A stretch of DNA of 64,000 nucleotides. Origin: an uncultured Planctomycetota bacterium (GTDB lineage Bacteria; Planctomycetota; PLA2; JAEUHO01). A program made the translations under genes and the position numbers. Under the pieces are notes generated by a model. That model was not told where the DNA came from and ran no database searches. It saw only the letters and a list, made by a program, of their open reading frames with translations. Below, one piece after another: positions 28,982 through 36,879 of the stretch; the first letter of the stretch is position 1, and each line of letters begins with the position of its first letter. Location: positions 448,001 to 512,000 of the forward strand of contig CAVVXN010000002.1 of NCBI GenBank assembly GCA_963752285.1, read 5' to 3'.

Positions 28982-31381
28982 CTACGGACGGGCGACGCTC
29001 GGCGTGCCGCCGAGGTCCACGATCGCGTCGTAGAGCAGCTGACGCATGTACTTCCCGTTGTGGATGAAGCCGCAGGGCTCCTTGATCGAGAAGTGGTAGT
29101 TGTAGGCGGCCTCGAGGAGCTGCGCGTCGAAGTTCGAGAACTTGTTCGCGTTCGTGTCCTCGCCGGCGTCGAGCACGCCGTTCCCGTTCGTGTCGATGAA
29201 CCAGTAGGGGTAGGCCGTCTCGCTGTAGACGATGCCCGAGCCGAGGTTGGCCGAGGCGTACGTCTGCATCTGCGCGAGCAGCTCACCCTGCAGGATCACG
29301 ATCTGGTCGTGGTTGTTCTTCGGTCCGAACTCGAGGGTCTCGAACGTCGAACCCGAGTGGCACAGCGTGCAGTCCGAGACCTGCGGGAGGAAGTTGTGGT
29401 CGGCGTTCGAGCCGCGGAGGTGGCAGCCGATGCAGGTGTTGAGCCCGGCGCTCACGTGGAGGCCGTTCCAGCTCGTGGGACCCGCATAGGTCTTGCCGGA
29501 GTACTGGTACCCGCCGTTCACGTTCGTCCCGAAGAAGGACGCCGCGGCGGCGAAGTAGTGGATGTTCAGGAAGGAGTAGGGGGGCAAGGTCGTGTCGATC
29601 TTGCTCTGGACCGAGACGCCCGATTCGCGACCCTGGTGGCACGTCATGCAGATGTTCGACGCGTTGCCCAGAGAGGCCGTGAGGCCCGACGGGAACGTCA
29701 CCGGCTGGAGGGCCGGGTTCGCGGCGAGGTCGTCGTACCGGGTGTCGTGGTTCGCGAACAGGTTGTTCGAGTCGTGACACGTGATGCAGTCCGTGGCGCC
29801 GAGGATCTTCGACGCCGCATCGACCGATCCGTCCGCGGCGAAGTCCACGAACCCGGGCGCGCTGTGGCACTTCGCGCAGCTCGTGGGGATCTCCGGCGGG
29901 ACGCCCGTGTCCCAGTGGCGGTACGGCGCGTCCGCGTTGTTGCCGTGGCCCGAGAGGTGCCACTGCTGCGACTTCCCCGCCTCGCTGAGCGGGGCCGTGT
30001 ACCCCGGACGGCCCGGAGCGGGCGTCATCGGGGTCTCCCCGAGGTCGGCGATCGAGTCGGTCAGGTACTGGCGCGCGTACACGCCGTTGTGGATGAAGCC
30101 GCAGGGCTCCTTGATCGCGACGTGGTAGTTGTAGGCGGCCTTGAGGAGCGTGGCGTCGAACTGGGTGAACTTGTTCGCGTTCGTGCCCTCGGCCCCGTCC
30201 ACGACGCCGTTCCCGTTCGTGTCGATGAACCAGTACGGGTAGGCGTCGGCGCTGTAGGCGATGTGCAACCCCGTGTTCGTGAACGCGTAGGCCTGCATGG
30301 CCTGCAGGAGCTGGGTCTTGTTGGCCTCGATCGCCGTGCGGTTCACGGACGGCGAGCCGCCCAGCGTCTCGAAGGTCGAGCCGCTGTGGCAAGTGGTGCA
30401 CGCGCTCAGGTCGGGCTCGAGCGTGTGGTTCCGCTCGTCGCCGCGCATGTGGCAGCCGACACAGGTCTTCTTGTCCGCCGTGTGCGACGGGAACGTGTTC
30501 CGGGCGACGTACGTCTTGCCCGGGTACTGGTAGGCGCCGCGCACCTCGCCGCCGAAGTACGTCGCGGCCGCCGCGAAGTAGTGGATGTTGATGAACGAGT
30601 AGGGCCCGGGGCCTCCGGCGATCGCGTCGTCCACCTGGACGGTCGAGGCGCGGCCCTGGTGGCACTGGGCGCAGAGGTTGCTGTTGTCGAAGAGGGAGAC
30701 CGTGTCGCCCGACGGGAAGGTGATCCAGTCGAGGTTCGGGTACATCGCGTGGTCGTCGTACGCGGTGGCCGGGGGACCGCCGAGGGCGCCGGGGTGGCAG
30801 CCCGTGCACGCCAGCCCGAAGGGCAGCGGCTGCGGCAGGTCCGTCAGCCCGGTCTGGTTGTAGTGGTCGAAGCCGGACCCGGAGTGGCACCGCGAGCAGG
30901 TGCTGTCCACCTGGCCGCTCGTGTCCCAGTGCCGCCACGGCTCGTCGCCGACCATGCCGTGTCCGCTCTCGCCCCACTGCTGGGAGATCAAGCCCCCGCC
31001 CACCGTGTAGCCGGCGGTCTGGACGGCCGAGGCGTTGCCGCTGGCGTCCACGGCGAAGTACTTGATGACCGTGTTGTTCGGCGCCGAGATCGCCGCCGAG
31101 TAGACGGCGCTCGTGTCGTCGGGCACCGAGAGGTCGGTCGTGTAGTAGATCGTGGGGTTCGCGTCACGCGCGTCGGAGGCGTGCAGCGTCACGTTCTGTG
31201 TCGAGCTGTACCAGCCCGGAGCGGGACTGGCCGAGACGGTCGGCGCCGTGGTGTCCGGCCCCGGGGGCGTGGGCGGATTGCTGCTTCCGCCGCCACCGCC
31301 GCAGCCGGCGACACCCAATGCGAGGCCGAGCACGAGGGCGGTCAGCACCTGCCCCCCATGCGACCTGGTTGCCTTGGTCAT
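28982..31381 (-). CDS. Lipoprotein decaheme cytochrome c made of two tandem pentaheme modules, with N-terminal chitobiase/Fn3-like domain
   Basis: Lipobox VAGC; PAPGWY..TIYYTTD..IKYFAVD domain; 10 CxxCH as 5+5; each module ends AAYNYH..KEPCGFIHNG; GGAGAG RBS before ATG 31381. Confidence 0.9.
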   Translation of the reverse strand: MTKATRSHGGQVLTALVLGLALGVAGCGGGGGSSNPPTPPGPDTTAPTVSASPAPGWYSSTQNVTLHASDARDANPTIYYTTDLSVPDDTSAVYSAAISAPNNTVIKYFAVDASGNASAVQTAGYTVGGGLISQQWGESGHGMVGDEPWRHWDTSGQVDSTCSRCHSGSGFDHYNQTGLTDLPQPLPFGLACTGCHPGALGGPPATAYDDHAMYPNLDWITFPSGDTVSLFDNSNLCAQCHQGRASTVQVDDAIAGGPGPYSFINIHYFAAAATYFGGEVRGAYQYPGKTYVARNTFPSHTADKKTCVGCHMRGDERNHTLEPDLSACTTCHSGSTFETLGGSPSVNRTAIEANKTQLLQAMQAYAFTNTGLHIAYSADAYPYWFIDTNGNGVVDGAEGTNANKFTQFDATLLKAAYNYHVAIKEPCGFIHNGVYARQYLTDSIADLGETPMTPAPGRPGYTAPLSEAGKSQQWHLSGHGNNADAPYRHWDTGVPPEIPTSCAKCHSAPGFVDFAADGSVDAASKILGATDCITCHDSNNLFANHDTRYDDLAANPALQPVTFPSGLTASLGNASNICMTCHQGRESGVSVQSKIDTTLPPYSFLNIHYFAAAASFFGTNVNGGYQYSGKTYAGPTSWNGLHVSAGLNTCIGCHLRGSNADHNFLPQVSDCTLCHSGSTFETLEFGPKNNHDQIVILQGELLAQMQTYASANLGSGIVYSETAYPYWFIDTNGNGVLDAGEDTNANKFSNFDAQLLEAAYNYHFSIKEPCGFIHNGKYMRQLLYDAIVDLGGTPSVARP

Positions 31382-31647
31382 GCTTCTCTCCATGGTCGCG
31401 GCGCGCCGGACTCTTCCGGCGCGGTCGCGCATCGGGTCTGCCTGGCCGCGCTTGGCCACCGCGAACGGAGGGCTCCCACCGTGGGCCTCCTGGGATTCGT
31501 GGGGAGCGGACGCGCGGGTCATTGCACCTACCCTTGCGTCACGATGGTACGCGGTTGCATCCCGAACGGCCCCGGAAAACACCGGGACTTCCGGACGGAA
31601 TCACCGCTTCTTCATCATGTCCGGCCTCGACTCTCGCATTCGAACAC

Positions 31648-31662
31648 TGAGAGTCAGTCTCA
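31648..31662. promoter_or_regulatory. Fur-like box
   Basis: TGAGAGTCAGTCTCA, 12/14 informative positions match TGAGAATnATTCTCA; about 270 bp upstream of the decaheme gene. Confidence 0.45.
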
Positions 31663-31721
31663 ATCTGCGCGGAAGATAGAGGACCGTTTCAGTACGGTTC
31701 CGCCGTGGGCCCCCGGACGCC

Positions 31722-34301
31722 TCAGGGCGCGTGGTACGCGTGGCTCTCGCGGTAGAGCGCGAGGCGCTGTTGCAGCCCCTGGACGAGCGGGCTCGTGCTG
31801 CCGTCGATGAGACGAAGCCCTTGTTCGGCCGCGTGCGCGGCGTCTTCGTAGCGGCCGCTCTCGGCCAGCGCGGCGGCGAGGGCGTCGAACGGTTCGGGAC
31901 GAGCGCCCTTGCTGACCTCCACGGCGTGCTGCGCCAGCGCGACGGCGCGCGCGCCGTCGCGGATGTTCGCGTCGGGCGAGGTGGAGAGCAGCCACGCCAG
32001 CATCGAGAGGGCCCGCACGTCGTCTGGAGCGCCCGCGACGAGGCTCTGGAGCTGGGTCTTCACGTCCTCGGCGCGCTGGAGGCGGCTGTAGACGGTCACG
32101 AGCCCCCATCGGGAGAGCGGGTCGTCGGGCTTCGCCGCGAGCGCCTTGTGGTAGTAGGCCGCCGACTCCTCGAGGCGCCCGACCTGTTCGAGGGCTTGGC
32201 CGGCGTTCTGCATGGCCCCCACGAGGCTCGGGTCGAGGCGCAGGGCCGCGAAGAGGTGGGGGATCGCGTCCTTCGGCCGCTGGAGCGCCATGTAGGCCGT
32301 CCCGAGGTTGTTCTCGGCGAACACGTTCTTCGGATCGAGCTCGAGCGTGCGGCGGTAGTTCTGGATCGCTTCGTCCCAGCGACCGACGTGGCTCAGCGCC
32401 TCGCCGAGGTTCAGGTACGCCTTCGTGAAGTCGGGCTCGATCGCGATCGCCTTCTCGAGGAGCGGGATCTCGTCGGCGTACTTCCCCTCGCGCTTCAGGT
32501 CCGTCGCCTCCCAGAAGTACCGCTGGTGCTCGACCGCGGGCACCTCGATGTGCTGCAACGCGTCGTACGGGGCGTTCATGAACTCGGGGATGTTCACGGC
32601 GCGGTTGGCCGCCGTCGAGCCCGGGACGAGGATCGCCGGGGTGTCGTTCCCGTCCGCGTCCACGTGCGTCAGGAACATCTGCGTGTACGGCGTGTTGACC
32701 TTCGACGAGAACACGAGCCAGCGCGAGTTGGGCGACCACGAGTGCCACGAGTTCATGCTGTTCGTGTTGCACCGCATCTCGCGGACCTCGCCGCCCTCGA
32801 AGGGCACGATGCACAGCCGGCCGTCCGGACGCATCAGCTGCCCGTTCTGGCACCTCGTGAAGACGATCCACCTCCCGTCCGGCGAGACCTTCGGGAACGT
32901 GTTGCTCCAGCCGTTCGCGCTGGCGCCGCGGATCGGTTCGGCGTCGCCGGCCGGCTGTCCGCCCCGGAACGGGACCCGGTACAGGTCGTACTGGATCTTG
33001 GGCTCGTTGGGGTCGTTCGGGTGGGTGGCCAGCGGGAGGCCCGAGGCGTAGGGGTCGAACGCCCGGGCGCGGGCGAACACGATCCACTTGCCGTCGGGGC
33101 TCCAGACGCCGTCCGTGTGGACGTACTCGGGGTCGTCGGCCCCGGGCACCGCCTTCATCTCGCCGTTCGAGCGGTCGTAGTACGCGAGGATCCCCCGCGT
33201 GGGATAGAAGACCTGCAGGTAGCGGTAGTCGAGGAAGTTCGAGACGTAGAGCGCCTCGTTCAACGTCGTGATCACGTACCGGCCGTCCGGGGACACGCGG
33301 GACAGGAACCCGATCGTCTTGTGGCCCTTCGGCTTGTTCGCGTACGAGTTCCACGTGATGACGTCGTCGATGTCGATCCGCATCTGGGGCGACACGGCCT
33401 TGATGGCGTAGGTGCCCTTGTCGCCCTGGGGACCGTCCACGTCCATGCCGAACGTCTTTCCGTCGCGTGAGAACGAGTGGCAGTTTCCGCACGACGGCAT
33501 GTGCGTCAGGACGAGCCGCGTCTCGGGCCGCGTGATGTCGCGCAGTCGCCACGCGATCCTCGGGATCGCGTTCTGGCCGAGGGGCTGGATCTGCCCGCGC
33601 TCGCCCTTGCCCGGCATGAGCGGGACGTCGCGGTAGAAGATGGGTGCGCCGACCGGGTCGGTCGAGGTCTGGATCCCGACCGCGCCGCGCGACAGGGGCT
33701 GGTCGGGCGCGTCGGACCGGTAGCCCACCCAGCGCACCTGGGCCGGCGCCGACGTGCTGCGCCGCTGGATCTCGTCCCACACGGCGCGCGCCGGCGTCCA
33801 CGAACGGGCGGACGCCTGGTACGGAGTCGGCTGGTAGACCTCGTTCGTGTCGCCGAGCGCTTCCGGGTCCACCTCGCCTTGCGGGGGCGGGGCCCCGGGG
33901 ACCACCGCGTGGATCGGCCGCGCTCCCGGATCCTCGAAGCGGATCTCGACGAGCCAGGTGTCCGCCTGGGTCTCGTCGTGCCAGAGGAAGGTAGGCGGCA
34001 CCATCCCCGGAGGGAACACCGAGCCGTCCCGGGGATCGTCTACCACCACGCTCGCCTCGCCCCCGGCCGGGGTCCCGAGCGCCTCGGCCTCGGCCCGCAC
34101 CATCGCCGTCGCCGCGCCGTCGTCCGCGAGCACGCCGCCCGCGTCCCACAGCGGGTCGTGAGAGGCGGCCTCGACCCCGCCCATCGCCCTGCCCTCGGCG
34201 CCCGCGGGGGCGGTCGCCTCCCCCCGCCCGCAGGCGACCAGCAGCCAGGAGGCCGCCGCGGCCAGGAACAGACGGCGGAGGCGAGGCGGGGAATCGGTCA
34301 T
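31722..34301 (-). CDS. Lipoprotein with a single CxxCH, TolB-like/PD40 propeller and TPR repeats
   Basis: Lipobox LVAC; MPSCGNCHSFS; repeated SPDG/WSPDGKWIVF/WHSWSPNSRW; C-terminal TPRs (AENNLG.A). Confidence 0.82.
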   Translation of the reverse strand: MTDSPPRLRRLFLAAAASWLLVACGRGEATAPAGAEGRAMGGVEAASHDPLWDAGGVLADDGAATAMVRAEAEALGTPAGGEASVVVDDPRDGSVFPPGMVPPTFLWHDETQADTWLVEIRFEDPGARPIHAVVPGAPPPQGEVDPEALGDTNEVYQPTPYQASARSWTPARAVWDEIQRRSTSAPAQVRWVGYRSDAPDQPLSRGAVGIQTSTDPVGAPIFYRDVPLMPGKGERGQIQPLGQNAIPRIAWRLRDITRPETRLVLTHMPSCGNCHSFSRDGKTFGMDVDGPQGDKGTYAIKAVSPQMRIDIDDVITWNSYANKPKGHKTIGFLSRVSPDGRYVITTLNEALYVSNFLDYRYLQVFYPTRGILAYYDRSNGEMKAVPGADDPEYVHTDGVWSPDGKWIVFARARAFDPYASGLPLATHPNDPNEPKIQYDLYRVPFRGGQPAGDAEPIRGASANGWSNTFPKVSPDGRWIVFTRCQNGQLMRPDGRLCIVPFEGGEVREMRCNTNSMNSWHSWSPNSRWLVFSSKVNTPYTQMFLTHVDADGNDTPAILVPGSTAANRAVNIPEFMNAPYDALQHIEVPAVEHQRYFWEATDLKREGKYADEIPLLEKAIAIEPDFTKAYLNLGEALSHVGRWDEAIQNYRRTLELDPKNVFAENNLGTAYMALQRPKDAIPHLFAALRLDPSLVGAMQNAGQALEQVGRLEESAAYYHKALAAKPDDPLSRWGLVTVYSRLQRAEDVKTQLQSLVAGAPDDVRALSMLAWLLSTSPDANIRDGARAVALAQHAVEVSKGARPEPFDALAAALAESGRYEDAAHAAEQGLRLIDGSTSPLVQGLQQRLALYRESHAYHAP

Positions 34302-34387
34302 CGGGTGGCTCCGGATCCGCTCCGACTGTACGAGGAAGCGGGGCGCCGGGGGTCGGCGGCGGGGACCGGTCCTGAACGGCCGGGTCG

Positions 34388-35260
34388 TCAGTCGAAGACT
34401 GCGGCGATGTCCTCGGTGGACGCGCCCTCGGTGGTCCGCCGGAGGTCGTGGTACGCCACCGCGGCGGTCGTGCCCTGCCAGATCGCGAACACGGCGGAGA
34501 GTGCGATCTGTAGGAGCTGGAGGCGACGGAGCTGGGCGAACGTCTGGTGCGACATCGAGGTCTGCAGCAGGTAGGCCCCCAGCCACGACGACCCGCCGAC
34601 CACGAGCAGGATCGCGAAGACGCGGAGCCGGTTCCCCTGCGTCAGCAGGTCGCTCCGGGCGATGGCCCGGAGCGGGCCCCTCCCCTCGACCACCGCGGCC
34701 GGCACCGCGACGTAGAAGCGGCAGGCGAGGTACGCGATGGCCGCGACACACAGGTAGTAGAGGCCGCGCGACCCGCTGAGCACCGCGGGGAGCGCGAGGA
34801 ACAGGTAGATCAGCATGAGGAACAGCGCGACACCGAGCACGGGGAGGAGGCGACGGATCCCCATGCCCACGGTTCGGAAGGCGGACGCCGGGTCGCCTCG
34901 AAGCTGACGGAACACGCCGAACGCCACGCACGCCTGGACGAGGAGGGGAAGGAGGTACTCGAGCATCCCCCCGAGACCGAGCAGGAACAGCAGGCTCCCA
35001 CGTCCCCGCGACCCATCCCAGTGCTCGATGCGATCGAGGAGCCAGACCCGGTACAGGGCGAGCGGCGCGTAGACCACCGCGGCCAGCACGAGGAACGCCG
35101 GCGCGTTTCGGACGGTCGCCAGGACCCCCTGCCCCAACGCGCGGCCCGGGGAGACGCGACCCACGCCGCGGCGGCCTTGGTGCCGCCGAGAGACCGGTGC
35201 GCGGACGGGTCCCGGTCGCTTCGGCGTGGCGGATCCCGTCGGCCGTTCGGTGTCGTCCAC
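34388..35260 (-). CDS. Hypothetical integral membrane protein
   Basis: About 6 TM helices; PAAVVEGRGPLRAIARS..LTQGNR and AYHDLR motifs of a widespread membrane family; GGGGAG RBS before GTG 35260. Confidence 0.7.
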   Translation of the reverse strand: MDDTERPTGSATPKRPGPVRAPVSRRHQGRRGVGRVSPGRALGQGVLATVRNAPAFLVLAAVVYAPLALYRVWLLDRIEHWDGSRGRGSLLFLLGLGGMLEYLLPLLVQACVAFGVFRQLRGDPASAFRTVGMGIRRLLPVLGVALFLMLIYLFLALPAVLSGSRGLYYLCVAAIAYLACRFYVAVPAAVVEGRGPLRAIARSDLLTQGNRLRVFAILLVVGGSSWLGAYLLQTSMSHQTFAQLRRLQLLQIALSAVFAIWQGTTAAVAYHDLRRTTEGASTEDIAAVFD

Positions 35261-35445
35261 GGCGCTCCCCTGCCCAGGCCCCTCGGAGGGACGAGCGAAG
35301 ATACGCCCGCGCCGCTTCGAGGGCACGCGTGGCCTCTTTGGACCGCGCGGCACGCGCCCACGGACCCACCTCGGGGACCCCGCGCCCCCCGGGCGCCCGC
35401 GCCTCGGGGTTGACGGGGTCCCGGCCCTCGCCTTCACTTGGCGCC

Positions 35446-36879
35446 ATGGCGTCCGGGGCGCGGGTGGTCCGAGTATTCGTCTCCTCCACCTCGGAGGACC
35501 TGAAGGACCACCGGGCGGTGGCCCGGAACGTCATCATGGACCTCGGCTGGCAGCCGAAGATGATGGAGCACTTCGGCTCGAGCCCCCACGCGACGGTGGT
35601 CGCGTGCCGGGAGGAGCTCGGACGCTGCGACCTGATGCTCCTGGTGGTCGCCTGGCGCCGGGGGTGGGTGCCGACCCCGCAGCAGGGCGGCGACGGGACC
35701 GAGTCGATCACCGCGATGGAGCTCCGGCACGCCCGGGAGCGCGGCATCCCCGTTCTGCCGCTCTTCGCCAGCGAGACCTGGCCCGGGAACCTCTGGGAGG
35801 ACGACGCGGACGCGCGCGTCTGGATGAAGTCGTTCCGTCAGAACCTGAACCAGCCGGCCGTGTTCTTCGACTACGAGCCGCTGACCGCCCAGGAGACGGA
35901 ACGGCTGCCGGCCTTCCGGGCGAAGGTGAAGGAGGCGCTCCTCGCCGAGAAGGAGCGGCTGCTCGCCCGGGTGGGCGGCGGGCAGGGTGCGCCCGAGCTC
36001 GACTACTTCGAGAGCGCGCGGGACGGCCTCTGCGACGGCACGGACGTCCCCTTCGTGGGGCCCGGGGTCTATGGGGACGGGCCGCTCGGGCGCGAGGCCC
36101 TGATGGACGCGCTCGCCGGAGAGGACGTCGGGGAGGAGGTCCAGTCGATCGCCACGGCGGCCGAGTACCGCGAGCGGTACCTGGGGTCGCGAGAGCACCT
36201 CCTCCGCCACCTGGCGCGCCTCCTCTCGGAGCAGACCGCTCGCACCGAGCCGCTGCCGATCCACGACCTGCTCGTCGGCCTGGAGCGTCTGCCGCTCGTC
36301 GTCTCGACGTGCTCGGACGAGGTGCTCGAGAACCGTCTCCGCGAGGCCGGGCGGCCGTTCGTGCTCGTGAGCCACGTGGTGCGCTCGTACAGCGGCGAGC
36401 ACGACGGCAAGGTCGTGGTCGTCCCGCCGGAGGGCGAGCCACGGTTCTTGCCGGCCGACGAGCTCACGCTCGACGAGGCGTGCACGGTGGTCTACAAGCC
36501 CGTCGGCTCGCCGTATCTGAACGACCGCCTCGACGAGGACGGCGAGATCGACACGGTGATGATCACGGAGACCGACCACGTCGCGTTCCTGCAGCGGCTC
36601 GACAACGAACGCACGGGGGTCCCGAAGCGATTCGCCATCAAGTTCGCGCGGCGGCCCCTCCTCTTCCTGGGCTACGCGCTCGACGTCTGGCAATACCGCC
36701 TCATGATGCACGTCTTCCAGTCCGCACACCGGCAGGCGCGCCGGTCCACGACGATCGCCGTCCGGCGTCCCGGCTCCGTGATCGAGCAGCTCGCGTGGAA
36801 GCGCCTGAACGCGGACCTGGTGCCGATGGACCCGAACGAGTTCGCCCGCGCCGTCCTCGGCGGCGCGGCGGCCCGATGA
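35446..36879 (+). CDS. DUF4062 (TIR/NDT-like) domain fused to a degenerate SIR2-like domain
   Basis: RVFVSSTSEDL..MEHF..SITAMEL..IPV (DUF4062); VPFVGPG, VSTCSD, YKPVGS, ITETD, LLFLGY (SIR2_2-like); ATG at 35446. Confidence 0.8.
   Translation: MASGARVVRVFVSSTSEDLKDHRAVARNVIMDLGWQPKMMEHFGSSPHATVVACREELGRCDLMLLVVAWRRGWVPTPQQGGDGTESITAMELRHARERGIPVLPLFASETWPGNLWEDDADARVWMKSFRQNLNQPAVFFDYEPLTAQETERLPAFRAKVKEALLAEKERLLARVGGGQGAPELDYFESARDGLCDGTDVPFVGPGVYGDGPLGREALMDALAGEDVGEEVQSIATAAEYRERYLGSREHLLRHLARLLSEQTARTEPLPIHDLLVGLERLPLVVSTCSDEVLENRLREAGRPFVLVSHVVRSYSGEHDGKVVVVPPEGEPRFLPADELTLDEACTVVYKPVGSPYLNDRLDEDGEIDTVMITETDHVAFLQRLDNERTGVPKRFAIKFARRPLLFLGYALDVWQYRLMMHVFQSAHRQARRSTTIAVRRPGSVIEQLAWKRLNADLVPMDPNEFARAVLGGAAAR

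Noticed and set aside
17469..31381. Hydroxylamine/hydrazine oxidoreductase or NrfA nitrite reductase cluster
   Set aside because: No octaheme HAO-like protein and no CxxCK motif were seen; the architecture fits porin-cytochrome electron transfer better.
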